NCBI GenBank assembly: GCA_013265495.1
Contig: MU057880.1
Span: 372,001-436,000, forward strand
Direction of reading: 5' to 3'
Length of the DNA: 64,000 nt
Source of the DNA: Vicugna vicugna
Taxonomy: Eukaryota
This document shows, one piece after another, positions 36,048 to 49,259 of this stretch. The notes below the pieces were generated by a model. The model made no database searches. It was not told where the DNA came from and saw only the letters and a program-made list of their open reading frames with translations. The position numbers and the translations under genes were made by a program. The number at the start of each line of letters is the position of its first letter. Position 1 is the stretch's first letter.

Positions 36048-36837
36048 TGTCAAAAAGAAACCAAGCCAGACACAAGTGAAAGGTAAGACAGATTGTATTC
36101 AATAATCCTACAATAGGGGAGAGAACTCAGTCTCAGTCAAGCTCAGCGCTGCTGAAACGAAGGACAGGAGGCTTCTGAAATGCTGGGATATGCTAAAGGA
36201 AGAGCTGTGAAGGTTTGTAAGGGGGCAGTCGATGTGATTAGCCATCTGTCTGCTTATCAAAGTTAGGCACCTACCCTCTGCAGAGACTGGGAGGCACTGG
36301 TTCCTTGGATTGTAAAAGATATAGGAAAGGAAGAGTTTACAATTGCAAGTTTTCTTCCTTCCTTCCTTCCTTCCTTCCTCCCTCCCTCCCTCCCTCCCTT
36401 CCTTCCTTCCTTCCTTCCTTCCTTCCTTCCTTTCTTTCTTTCTTTCTTTTTCTTTCTTTTCTTTTTCTTTCTTCCTTTCTTCCTTTCTTTCTTTCTTACT
36501 TTCTTTCTTTCTTTCTTTCTTTTTAAGGAAATGTTTCTAAGGGAGGTCCAGGGTCTGTAGGAAGCACTGGCTGGAATAGACAGCCAATTCTCTTGGCAGT
36601 GCTGAGCTTTCTAAGACAGATTCTTAAGGCAGCTGGAGGCATCACCGTGTTAGGGATGTGACCTCAAGCTGCTAGAAATGAGACTTGTGTCTGTCCAAAT
36701 CTCTTAGTGGGGGGAGTGGGTGAAATCACTTGTGCTGAGAGTTGGCGGTTCTCTTGTGCCAAGGTTGAGGGCTGAGCCCTAGAAGAGGGCTCAGAGGAGC
36801 CAAGCGAAAGCTTGGTCAAGGAGAGTCTCTGTTGACA
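36048..36837 (-). mobile_element. ERV1 LTR (MER31-like) containing a microsatellite
   Basis: Ends agaagagggctcagaggagcc...ttggtcaaggagagtctctgttgaca, the antisense of a MER31-type start. Confidence 0.65.
36350..36522. repeat. (TTCC)n/(CCCT)n/(TTTC)n pyrimidine microsatellite
   Basis: About 170 bp of nearly pure pyrimidines. Confidence 0.97.
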
Positions 36838-37165
36838 CTTAGATTTGCATCACCTGCGATGACACAATTATGAAGGCTGCATTGTGTACCACAAATCATG
36901 ACTATGACAGAAGTTATGGGATAATCTCTGCTATGTCTGCTTAACACTGAAATTATGTTGTTTTCAGTCCCTATTTGGGGGGAGGGGTTGTGCCTGCAAA
37001 CCCACGTGGGTTTTGTGCTTTTTTCTCAATGTGCCACACCCACTGCAGAAAGCCAGGACTTTTGCATCCCAGGGAGGGGTTCCCGGGAATCGGAGTGGCC
37101 AGGCTACAGCCAGAACCATCCCAGGTAAACTGGGATGGTTAGTTACCCTCAGAACTCCCCCTTTC

Positions 37166-37260
37166 GGGGAGACTGCCAAGATGGCGGAATAGAAGGACCA
37201 CTAGCTCACCCTCTCCAACGAATACACCAGAAACTACATCTACCTATGAAACAATCCGCA
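37166..37260 (+). mobile_element. Isolated L1 5'-terminal fragment with YY1 site
   Basis: ggggagactgcCAAGATGGCGGaatagaaggacc...aatacaccagaaactacatctacc resembles the L1 5'UTR start. Confidence 0.7.
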
Positions 37261-39992
37261 CAGAATTCCAACTTTCATCACAAGTCAAGAGGAATTGGTG
37301 TCAGTTGGGATCCTCAGTGATCCAGTATCTGCCGTGGAAAGTACACAGATTAACAGAGTGAGGAGGAGGGGCTGGTGCCCTCTGAGAAGACATCCAGGCA
37401 GAGAACAGGAAGTCATTAACCACGAAGCCCCTGGCAGGAGCAGAGACATCAGCTGGGTCCTGGGAACTGCTCGGGACAAATCCCAAGAGACGGAGTTGAG
37501 GAGGGACCAGGAGAAAAAGAACAAGCATTGAACTTGGGCCAAAGCCAGAGGAAACCAGCACCAGATCAGAGTCTAGACCTTTCCCCTCGCCCCGTCTCCC
37601 GACCATGTCCCCTTCCCACAACAAGGAGGACTCGTTTAATGTCATTAGAATTGATACTTTACTGCAACGGGGCATTTTAATTACTGACTAGCGAGCATTT
37701 CCTTCCTGGAGTGTGAGCAGACAAGTTGTGAGACTTGCCCTAAGTTTCTTTCAGTCCTACTTCCATGGACTAAATTCCCATTAACAATGAAAAACCAAAA
37801 TAAATTTGCTTTTTAATGTTGTCCCCAAGAAGGCTGCAGAAATGACAGAGAAAGGATGACTTGTAAAAGGGAGAGGACAAGTCAGAGGTTATCCCTCTAT
37901 AACGAAGCCCACGATGTCACGTTCGTAATTCATTCAACAATGGTTTGATAAACGCCAGCAGTCTAAGTCAAGCACACTCAGACAACAGCCGGGAGTATCA
38001 AGGTGAAAAACACCGCTCTCGAGGACCTTAAGGGTAGGCGGGCGACATGCACATACCATAATCCTTTCTAGCAGTGGTTCTGGGAGAGCTGGTTTCACAC
38101 CGTCTGTCCCCAGGTTTAAATTCCTCATCACTCACGTTGTCCAACCCCGATCCCTGCTTCTCAGGAGGGCAAGGCTGAGCAGAAGCGCAGGGAGATTGGT
38201 CTATACTTAACTCTCTCAATACGCGAACAAGCCCAGAAAGCATGCCCTTGGGCACTACAATAACTCGCAAGGAGTTTAGCATTTGGCTGAGACTTGCAAG
38301 AGCAAAAGAAGAATGCAAGAGCCCAGGACATTACATTTCAAGCCAGCAGGGGTCAGCCTGGAAAATCTCAACTGAAGCACATTTCGCATAAAACAAAACC
38401 TGTGGCTTCAGCTGATCATCAAGCCAACAGCAAGGTTTCCTGATTGATCAAAGAGGATGATTCTAGAGCAGACTGTTAGACTAATGAAATGGGCTCTTCT
38501 TGTATTTTTTATTTTGTTGTGAATTTTTAAAATTTCATTGAGATATAATTGATGTTATAATTTTAAATTTAAAAAATTCACACAGAAGAGATTCAACTTG
38601 TCTGCTTTGAAGAAATATCTTAAAGATTATGAAAGGTTAAAAAAAAACAATGGTCTAAAAAGATAGATCCTCTGTAAAATTCTGGACTAATCCACTTTTA
38701 ATGCTATTTTAGTTGTTTTCCCTTAAGCTTCTGTATTCGAATAGAATCTTGCCAAATAAAAAGTTACCAGGTACTCTGCTTCTTAGAACCACAGACTACA
38801 TACCCACTAAGAGTAGGTAGCTTGTTATATTTCCAACCACAAAATTCCTTGGATTTTCTTGACAATTATATTTTCACCCTCTTTGGAAAGAGCCCAGACC
38901 AAAAATTCTTAGAGCCAGAATTACCTCATTAATTTAAGATAGCATTTGGGGCGTTTGACTATTGCTTTTTCTTTTTTTATAAAACATAAATCATCAGAAA
39001 CTGTTTCCTCATGTGATGATTTTTTTTCATTTTAGTTTGCGTCAAATAATGGGAGTCACGTGATGCCTCCAAGTTCATAGTACTGTGTCGTTATTGAAAT
39101 AACCAGTCTGGTTGAGACTATTTTCTGACACTGCCCAATAATGCGGCCAAAAATAGTCCAGCCATGGACCAAGATAATCCCTGTTGTTACTAATACTTAA
39201 TACTCCAATAAGAGTACTGGACTTTCAAGAATCCTCAAACCTCTTTGGCTTCAAGGCTCTAAACCTAATTCAACTTTCTAGTGTGCAAAGAAAAAAGATT
39301 CTGAACTCATAAATTATCAGTGCTCAAGGTATAAAATGTCAAAAACAGCTCAGTGCAGTGTATTAACAGGTGTCATGCAACTAATCTAAATGATTATATT
39401 ATTTGCTCTCAAAGTATTTATTGATCATCTGCTGTAAGCAAAGAATTACATGGAAGAGTTTCAATGGAGAGTGAGATTATGAAAAGGATACAGTCCCAGT
39501 TGTTACAGTTCAGTGAGGGAGACAGACAAGCACATATAATTAGAATAGGAAACACCCACAGTTTGCACTGCAGCGGAAGAGCTATGAATCCGGAAATTGG
39601 AATAGTGCCGGTTACAGCAGAAACCAGCTGTATAACAGTGACCCTAACTCAGGGATGCTCTGTGACACGGTTCCCTAAGACATAAAACAGATGTGGTATG
39701 GGCTGGTCCAGTGGCCTCCAAATATTTTGAATTGCATACATTCATCAATAAAAATTGTGTAATCATACCTCCAATATTTATGTACAATGATGTTCACGTG
39801 GTATATTTATTAGCTTGGGAGGCTTTTTAAAAAGTTACCAAAGCCAGGATCCCCACAAAGCTAATTATATCAAAGCATCTGGGAATCGGGTGTACACATA
39901 GGTATTTTGAACGTAGCCCAAGGCTAGAAGAAGACACAGGTGCACAAAGAAGAAATACTAGGATAGATTTTCAAATCTGTTATGTGTGCTGT

Positions 39993-40509
39993 TGTAACAG
40001 AAAAGGGCAACTCTGACTCCATATGAGACCTGTTCCTTTGGCTCTAACCCTGTGCCCTGTTTTCTAGGCTGTCTTGCTGGTTCTGTACCATTTGTGAAAG
40101 AATGTTGCCTTTAGCCTGAAATACACAGGAGAGCCCATCCTCAAGGCTCTGACCTTTAAGGATATTAACACTTTTGCATTCATATAAAGGTAACAAGTTG
40201 CAGAATAGAAAAAGACGTTTGTTTTGTTGGAGGTTTACAGGAGGTTCACACCATGACCTGACCCACATTGATAGCTGCAAGAACAAAGAATTCTTTCGCC
40301 AAGAAGTTTCCAACAACCAAGCACACCCCTCCCCTTTTAGTATAAAAGGAGCCTGAATTCTGACTTGGAGAAGATGATTCTCCAGGACATTAGTCTCCCA
40401 TCTTCTCAGTCTGCTGGCTTTCCAAATAAAGTAGCTGTTCGTTACCCCATTAGTACTGGATTTACTGGCCTGTCATGCGGCGAGCTGAACGAGTTTGGAT
40501 TTCGTAACA
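39993..40509 (+). mobile_element. Solo ERV1 LTR (MER41-like)
   Basis: tgtaaca...cgtaaca termini; TATA box gtataaaagg near 40340; aataaa at 40425-40430; flanks ctgt/ctat. Confidence 0.85.
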
Positions 40510-41459
40510 CTATGAAGAAATTTGATAGAAGTAGAAAAAATGAAGTGGAGGTAATTACTCAGATAAACTGAAGGAACTTCCCTAGATAACATGATCAAAG
40601 GAAGCGTCTCCCATCTCCTAGTAGGAGCTAAGCTGTGTGGGCTGTGGGTATGCGGCACAGGCGATTGGCTGGACAATAACAAAATTCAAAACAGAGAGCA
40701 AAGCAGGACACTTCTGTCCAGACAAATAAGTAGATGGGAAAAAAACACGCCTGAGGGGAGAGAAAGGAATCAGACACAAGCTGGTCCTACAGGACCCTTT
40801 AGTCAGACACCACCTGTCATCCGAGCCGCAGAGCAGGGTGGGTTAGATGTAAAATTCGTGTGAGATGTACGGACAGGAATTTGACCGTTTCTCTCATTGA
40901 AAAAAAAAATAATTCTGGTAATTCAAAAAAGTATCTGGTAGCAATGATGTCACCGATCTCTGGAAAGTAGATTTAGATATTGGGAAAGAGTCTGTTTTTT
41001 AACAAAGAGATTCAAATAAAGCCTACGCTAGCCCTTAAACGGCTCTCATACAGATTTGTGTTTAAAGAAAATATTTGTTTTGCCCTAAGCAAATTGTATC
41101 AGCGTCTGTGAGTTAAATGCAAACATGATTGTTATTGATTGGTGCTCTTTCCGTGAGCTTAAAAATTATCTAAGACCTCTATCCAAACGTGTCCCACAGT
41201 GATAGCTGGATCGACAGATTGTCGGTTTAAAGATCTGAAACGTGCACAGAATGTGTTCAGCTGTTTAATACATAGTTTAGACATTCAGAAGTATGCATGT
41301 AGAATTTAGAAATGTGTTCAAAGTTAACTGTTAATTTTAATATTTGGTTTGGAAAAGCATGTTATAATGTTTTCACTAAAAAAAAAACTATAAAAGCAGA
41401 CCAGTGAGGGTTTCAAAGAGTGAGTCACGTGGTCTGATGTTCATTTAAAGAAAACATTC

Positions 41460-41820
41460 TATGTACACTTAGTCTGAATGTAGGCAAACCTATATAATCC
41501 ATCAGTTTCACTCCTGGGTACATACCTAACAGGAATGTGTACATATGATGTCCAAAAGGCACACACTAGAATGTTCATAACAGCATTCAAAATAGCCAAA
41601 CACTGGAAACTACCCAAATGCCACCAACAGTAGAGTGAATACACTGTGGTGTATTCATATGATGAAACCCTATACACTCACAAGATTTGGCAATCGCCAA
41701 CCACATGCAACAACGCTGAGGATCTGACGAACATTGTGTGGAGTGAGAGGAGCCAGGCATGAAAGAGTAATACTACATGGTCCATGTATGGCCTATATAA
41801 TGTACAAAAATAACTCTTCA
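41460..41820 (+). mobile_element. Old L1 3' remnant
   Basis: cactcctgggtacatacc...aatgttcataacagc...aatagccaaacactggaaactacccaaatg. Confidence 0.8.
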
Positions 41821-42134
41821 CCTGAACAAAGAGGTCAGGGGGTACAGTGAACAGGTCATTGGAAGCCAAGGTTGAGGATTAATGATGTAATATATGGATA
41901 CCATAAAGAGGCAGAGTATCTCTCAAGCTTGTAATTCTGAGTGTAGCTGAAGCAAAAATATTTTCCTGTATGGAGAGAGACAGATTTCCAGATACAAATC
42001 ATATATAGATATATATCTATTGCAGCTTGTAAATTCCTTTTTAAGAGAGAGAATTTTCAGGCAATTAACAGCTCCGGATAGAAAAAGTCTACTCACAGAT
42101 TTTAAAACTCTTTTTCAAAGAAGTTTTTTTTTTA

Positions 42135-43020
42135 ATGGCCAATAGGCACATGAAAAAATGCTCAACATCACTAATTATCAGAGAAATGCAAATCAAAACT
42201 ACAATGAGGTATCACCTCATACGAGTCAGAATGGCCACAAATGACAAGTGCTGGAGAGGGTGTGGAGAAAAGGGAGCCCTCCTGTACTGTTGGTGGGAAG
42301 GTAGTTTGGTGCAGCCGTTATGGAAAACAGTATAGATATTCCTCAAAAAATTAAGAATAGACTTACCCTATGATCCAGCAATCCCACTCCTGGGCATATA
42401 TCTGGAGGGAACTCTAATTTGAAAAGATACATGCACCCCAATGTTCATGGCAGCAGTGTATACAATAGCCAAGACATGGAAGCAAGGTAAATGTCCATCG
42501 ACAGATGACTGGGTAAAGAAGCTGTGGTATATTTATGCAATGAACTACTACTCAGCCATAAAAAAGAATAAAATAATGCCATTTGCAGGAACATGGGGAC
42601 CTAGAGATCATCATTCTTGGTGAAGTAAGCCAGACAAAAGAAAGAAAAATACCATATGATATCACTCATATGTGGAATCTAAAAGAAAAAAAAATACACT
42701 ATGACCTCATCTACAAAACAGAAACAGACTTGCAGACATAGTAAACAATCTTATGGTTACCAGGGAAAGGATGTGGGAAGGAATAATTTTGGGAGTTTGA
42801 GATTTATAAATGTTAGCCACTGTATATAAAAATAGATTTTTTAGAAGTTTCTTCTGTATAGCACAGGGAACTATGTTCAATATCTTGCAATACCTTTTAA
42901 TAAAAAATATGAAAACAAATACATGTATGTATATGCATGACTGGGACGCTGTGCAGTACAGCAGAAACTGACACATTGTAACTGACTGTGAATGTCAATT
43001 AAATAAATAAATAAATAAAT
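42135..43020 (+). mobile_element. L1 ORF2 C-terminus plus 3'UTR (camelid-type)
   Basis: [28 protein letters not shown] and [26 protein letters not shown]; (TAAA)n tail. Confidence 0.95.
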
Positions 43021-43215
43021 ACTACCTGCCTGGATGCCCAAGACAAAATAAATAGAAAAAACAGAGTCATCAGAAAGGAATGTCTGCAAAGGAAGATTAC
43101 AGGAAGGAGAACCACAGAGGCCAATGAATACTAAGGGACTGTCGGCCAGACTCTGTCCTGTGATGGACTTTTCAAGTTACCCACTAAACACTCTTCTAAT
43201 TTAAATGAGACTTCT

Positions 43216-43388
43216 GGGGAGGGGGAGGGTATAGCTCAGTGGAAGAGCATGTGCTTAGCATGCAAGAGGTCCTGGGTTCAATAGCCAGTACCCCTACTAA
43301 ATAAATAAATAAACAAACAAACAAACAGACAAAAAAACAAACCTACCTAATCCCCTCTCCACTGACCCTCTTAAAAACTCACAAAACA
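43216..43388 (+). mobile_element. tRNA-Ala-derived SINE
   Basis: ggggagggtatagctcagtgg...; TSD-like aaatgagacttctg / aaataaggcttctg. Confidence 0.92.
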
Positions 43389-43470
43389 AAATAAGGCTTC
43401 TGAGTATTGGTCTGACTTGAATGTTCCTCCACGTGCTCTATACAGTCTAAATTTCCACTTCAGTCTTTGT

Positions 43471-43628
43471 CAACCAAGTAAAGATTAGATTTTTTTCTTA
43501 GAAAATGCCCTTTTGTGTGTTTGCAAATTATGATTCTTAATTCCCAGCAACCAAGTAAATATTAGATTTTTTTCTTTCTTAGAAAATGCCCTTCTATGTG
43601 CTTGCAAATTACGATTCTTAGTCCCCAG
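43471..43628. repeat. Two-copy tandem duplication (77 and 81 bp)
   Basis: Both units start caaccaagtaaa, contain cttagaaaatgccctt and ttgcaaatta, and end in cccag. Confidence 0.92.
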
Positions 43629-45919
43629 GGAGGGAGGTACACCCTGGGCGGTGCTGCATTTATCTTGGTGAACATATGATTTCTTTACATCCGGACACCA
43701 TCCACGGCCAGAGTCACACCTTCCCTTTACGAATGCCCTCATTTCAGAGGTGGGGCTGGAGGGATGAACAGGGGAGAAAAGAAACACCACAGTGATATGA
43801 CAGGGACCCAGCAATTTCTAAGAGATGTCTCAACCTCTGCAGTATCGAAATACAAATAAATAAATTAATAAATAAATTAATTAATTAATTAATTAAAGGC
43901 CCTGTTCGAATCAGGACCGCAAACTCCTCAGGAGCCTCGTCCTGTCCCTGCGTCTGGTGTTCGGGCTGCCCCGTCCCCTGGCGTTGTCACTGATCTCTCT
44001 AGCAAGGCCTCCCAACCTCTGACAGAGAAGAACAGAGCCTGCATCCTCAGCAGTGACCTTTTCCCACTTGAACGTTTCCTCTGGCGCCGGCTCCCTCTGA
44101 GAGTCCGAGAGGCTGGGCCTCTGCGCTGGATGCTGCGGGGCATCTTGCCCGCGGCGCTATTGAGGGAGGCTGCCTGCAGCCCGCTGGAGGAGGCGCGGTG
44201 GGTCCCCCGTGGTTGGAGGGGGAAGAAATACAAAGGCTTGCCAGCGAATCCTTAACGTGGAGGTGGCCTCCTGGGAAGCCAGGAAAGCTGGCAGACTAAC
44301 CTGGGTGGAGGCATCAGAAAATGGAACAGCTATTTTTAGCACAAGGGCCTGGCATTGTGAGGGATGCTGCAAACAAAGCCTTCAAGGAGGGAAAGAGAAA
44401 AAAAAAAAAAAGGACGGTGGCTACGGCTGTCAGCCTTGTAGGCAGGAGAAAGTAACTGCCTCCCACACGCACTTAGCAGGGTGGTCCGCTCCTGCCCGAG
44501 TGAATCAACTATTTTTAACCAAGGCATTGAGATCAGAAGCCAGTTGTTCAGTGATTCACCAGGATTGCAACTGAAAAAAAATGTCCAATTCTGGACTGTC
44601 CATTTGTCCATTCTGGCCGGTAGAGCCAGTTTTCAGCTACCCCAGCAAAGCAGGTGGAGCAAAATCTCAGAAACTAGATGCTCGGCTGCCTTCCTGAGAG
44701 CGCAGAGCCCTGGTCCTCCTGCCAGCCCTGTCGTAAAAGTACAACAAAACAAAACCACACACGCCAACACAATCACTGGAAAAGGCACGTATTCCCATGA
44801 CACGCACTGGTCTCACCTTGAGGACATCAAAAATACTGCCTTTAGCGTCTTCAAATTAGGAAACCCCTTTGATCTCCTGACTGTGAGCAAAATCGTGATT
44901 ACAGTGTTACTAACTTGAATGTACACATTCCATCCATGCAGATGATTTACTGTTGCTTGTGTAATTGTCGGACCCCAGTTGGCTTGGTATAAGAGAGAGC
45001 AGTACCTGGGGGGCACCTGCTGGAAACCCAAGGGGAAAAGAACTGCACATAGGAAGTCTCTGGATAGCAATAATTCTAAGAGAAAATAGAGACCAACTCC
45101 AGAAAAATCCACTGAGCATCTTCCACGTGCCAGGGATTGTGTGTCCAACACCATAAAGAATACAAAGGAAACACGTTCTCTGACCTTGAGGGCTAAAGAG
45201 TTTAATGGGACTAAAGACATAGACACACGTGCCAATAAATGAATGCTTAAATAATTGTTGGTCACTGTGTGCTCAAGAGATATGATTCAGTAGGTCTGGG
45301 GGGGTTCCCCTAAAATTTGCATTTCTTGAATGGTTGTAACAGATTATTGTGCACCAAGAAATTGGGGGACAACTAGTCCGGGTACTTAAAACCACAAACC
45401 AAGTGCTCTGGGAGCACCAACATAGAATGAAATCAGGTGAAGTTTTGTAGAAGTAGTGGGATTTGAACTGGGATTTGAAAGCTTTTTAACAGGTGTGGGT
45501 GGGGATAAGGCAGTTCCAGAATGAGAGGAAACGTACCTTATGTATTCATTTGCACCTCTGTCCACTGAAACCAATTGGCAGTGCCCTCCAACAAAAATTA
45601 AAACATGATTAAAGAAAAATATAAGAGAGGGATGGAGTTAAGAGAAGAAAGGCAATGACAGCAGCCTGCAGTACTCAATATGACTTCTGCAAATGAGCAC
45701 ATGAGCCTGACTTTAGGACACCTGTCATTGTATAAACAGTGTCGACAAGCACAGCCACTTAGAAGGGCACGTTCAAGGAACACCAAGGGGTTCAACAAGA
45801 TGTTGGAAAAATAGATGGGGAAGGCTACAAAAAACAAGGCTATTCAGCACCATTCTGCATGTCTACATTGTACAGTCCTGTATTCTCCCAAAACACCTAT
45901 TCCATGCCTTCCTTTAGTG

Positions 45920-46428
45920 TTTTTAAATGGCGCCCCAATTCTCTGATACCTCTCCCAATGAGAGATGAGCTCTGTGTTTCTCCTCCTTGACCGTGGACTT
46001 GCTGATCTACAGGAAACAGTAGAACTGATGCTTTTTGAAGGCCAGGCCTTAGACACTGGCCGCCTCCACTCCCTGTCTCTTGGGACACTCACTCTTAGAA
46101 CCTAGCCACCATACTGTGAGGAAGACCAGGCTCACAGGATGGGCACACGTTCCAGTTAACAGACCCACTGTGATCTCAGCAAAAAAGCCATTGTCAACTG
46201 CCAGACACGTAAATGAAGAATCTTCCAGATGATCACAGCCCCCAGCCATCAGGTCACCCCCAGCCTTCACATCTTTCTACTTGAAGCCCCAGACATCCTG
46301 GAGTAGAGACACATCCCCGCCCTGCTCTGGACAGATGGGGAAGGCTGATTCCTCGAGTCCATGCGCACAATTAAATCATCAAGCCAGGAAATTTTGAGGT
46401 GGTTTGTTACACAGTGATTGGGAAACAC
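45920..46428 (+). mobile_element. MaLR LTR (MLT1G/H-like)
   Basis: ccaccatactgtgaggaagacc...caactgccagacacgtaaatgaag...ttttgaggtggtttgttacacag. Confidence 0.75.
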
Positions 46429-46509
46429 TTCCTTTTATTTATTTCCCCAGTCTCTCGACTCCTCCTCTGAACACGCCCCTACACACACACACACACACAC
46501 ACACATACA

Positions 46510-47900
46510 CACAGAACTATTTTTCTCATTCTCAGTAAATAGCCTTATTTTCCACTTTCCAGAAAAATAAAAGCATCAAAGTGGAACCCTGTTTGTTATT
46601 CTACTTCCACCAAACATATCCCATCCCCACCACTGTAGCCATCCTTCTGTTACAGCAAGAAATCTCTTTTCTATGGTAATCTGAGAGGCCTGTGGGGGGA
46701 GAGCGGAGGCTGGGGATTCAAAGCAGAGCTCTCTCAGAAAGCTCACTTTATCTTGAATTCAACCTTTTCTTTCTAATTGAGTCCTTCCCGTTCATATTTA
46801 AATACGTCCAGCTAGTTCTCTTTCAACCTCACAAGCAGCCCCGCCCAGACCCCACGTCTCCGTTCCAGCCTCTGCCCTGTCTCTTCTTCCCTCACGGAGC
46901 TTAAGGCGCCAACCATCTCCCTATTACCTTCTCTCTCGCTCACTTTTCCAGCATCTTTAATCTCTAATCTGGCTTCCACCCCACTGTTCCTTCTGAACAG
47001 TTCTCACTAATATCCCAGGAGATCTGCACTCCACTAAATCCAGGGCCTCCTCTGTGACGCCTTGAGCTGCACGCAGCGAGGTTGAGAACTGCCCTCTGTC
47101 TCGGTCCACTGGTGCTGCAGAGCAACGAACCACAGCCGGGGGCGGGGGGGGGTGGTGAATAACAGGCATCTAATTCTCGCAGTTCCAGAGGCTGGGACTC
47201 CAAGGTCAAGACACCTACACAACTGCTATCTGGCCAGTCCCCACTTCCTGGCCTGGGAGTGGCTGTCTGAGAGGCCAAGGGAGCTCCCCGGGGCCTCTTA
47301 GATGAGGGCACTAACCTTATTCACGAGGCTCCACCCTCATGACCTAGGCACCTCCCAAGGGCTCTGTCTCCTAATCTCACACGCTGGGGCTGAGGATTTT
47401 CATATTTTGAATTTTAGGGGGACACATTCAGTCCACAGCACCCTGTCCCTTAAAACACTTTAATTTCCCTCCTACGACCCTGGCCACCACCTTCTCAGTC
47501 GTGTTTGCTCAGTGTCCTCCACTCAGCCAGTAAATTTTGGAGTCTCCTCTCTCGGCCTCTGTCCTCACTGTGTACTCTTTTCCTAGGAAATCACATCCAC
47601 ATCCTCAGTTTAATTACCACATAAAGTCACAACTTCATGTTTCCAGCCCAGAGCTCTACTGCGTGGTATAACTCCATATAGCAGACTGCCTATTTAACAC
47701 TTGTCTTCCCTCTTAAACCGGGTCCTCTTCCAACAATTCCAGTCCATGTGACTGGTACCCCATGTTCAATTATCCAAGCCCAGAAAACTAGCAGTTATCC
47801 ATAGCATCTCCCTTTCTCCCCCACCACCATATTCAGTTTCTCTGTAATTGCAATCCTGAACACCAAGCCCCTGACCACACCAGGGACAAGACCAGTGCTT
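46510..47900 (+). mobile_element. L2 remnants (interrupted by MLT1A)
   Basis: aatctggcttccaccccact...ctccactaaatcc; tccagcccagagctct...actgcctatttaacac; caagcccagaaaactagcagttatcc. Confidence 0.6.
47155..47440 (-). mobile_element. MLT1A-like LTR
   Basis: cagttccagaggctggga...tccaaggtcaag...ggctccaccctcatgacct...gggggacacattcagtccacagca. Confidence 0.8.
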
Positions 47901-48058
47901 CTCCGAACATAAACACTGAATGCTCACCAAATCCAGGTGGCTGCCTCTCCATGCTGCTATCATATGAGTGTCCTGCTCACTCGGGGGAGGGGCGGGTGCT
48001 TTCCTCATTGTGCATCTTAACAAGCCTGAGTCGAGAGGTTGTGACCCCTCTCCCACCC

Positions 48059-48625
48059 TGTGGTGCTAGTGTAGATGGCTCTTTTCCCCTCTTCTCTTTG
48101 TTCTCTGTTTTCCTCAGACCTTCATCATAAAGATGAGATCACTAGGAAACATTTAACCTAACTCCTGACTTCTGCTCTACTGAACGCATGTCATGCTTTG
48201 CCTACCCATTGATTCCTTTCTTGGATTAAAAGGAATAAGGATGAAAAACTACGTAGTTAAAGAATGACTGACTCTACTTCCAGTGTCCCCTTAGTAAATT
48301 TGCAAGTAGACCCTGAGGATGCAGGTGGAATATATGAGCAAGACAGAATCCAAAGGAAGATCAAGAGAGGTCAGCAGCCCTGCATGTAATGGAAAAATGA
48401 GAAGACTCTAGCCTTCCGCCTTAATGATTAACTGAGATTGTTTCTCCTTTTCCCTTTAAAAACTGTCACAGCTGAGCAGATCTTCAGAGTTGGTCTCTGG
48501 ACATGAGTCCACCTTCTCCCCAGATTGCCCACTTTCTGATTAAAACAACTTTCCTTTTTACTGACACTTGTCTCTTGAATTGTTGGCTTTTGAGCCACGA
48601 GCAGCTGAACGTGAGTTTGGTAACA
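48059..48625 (+). mobile_element. Solo ERV1-type LTR
   Basis: tgtgg...gagcagctgaacgtgagtttggtaaca; TATA-like ctttaaaaa; attaaa poly(A) variant; 3' end resembles the 39993 LTR. Confidence 0.7.
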
Positions 48626-49259
48626 CTAGACCTCTCTGCACTGCCCTAGGACACACTGTGCGATGGCAGACATGCACTCCTGCTACTGATCCTGTCCTCT
48701 TGAGTCTTGGTGCCTCCTGCTCCACCGGCTGAAGTGGGTCTACTTCTATTTGTCTTCTAGCAAACTCAGCTGTGGATTTTGTTCCTAAAGGAAGGCTCAA
48801 GGTCTTTTTATTCAAGTACTCCAGGAAAAGGTCATTCACAAGAGCGTGAAGTACAGGAGACACACAGTGACCGATATTTGGGTTATATCAAATATCAAGC
48901 ACAACCAGAGGATTTTTCCCCCAAAAGCCTAGAGATGAAGGAATTAAGCCCTTCATTGCAAGACACCACATGCAGTAGTTAGAGCTGGAATCCCAATGTG
49001 GTGTTGCACTGTTACAGTTTTGCAATTTTTAAAAAAGCTGTAACCTCTTTCAAATAAGCATTATCAATATTCCTGACAAACAGGCTTTCTAAAATCTGCT
49101 TAATGGGCTCACAAGTCCACTTTCTCACGGTGTGCAGGGTAGCACAAGGTTTTTCCTCTTCTACCCGGACGTAATGAGTCTCTTTCTCTATTGTTGGTAA
49201 CAAGCCAATTCTCAGAACGGATCACGGGTTGGACCTGTTTCTAAAGGAAAGCCTCTCAT

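Noticed and set aside
36305..36540. Hydrophobic LPSF/FLSF-repeat ORFs
   Set aside because: Translation of a pyrimidine microsatellite
38343..38357. CTCF-like motif ccagcaggggtcagc (and a similar one near 12865)
   Set aside because: Single imperfect motif matches cannot be supported without a PWM scan or ChIP data
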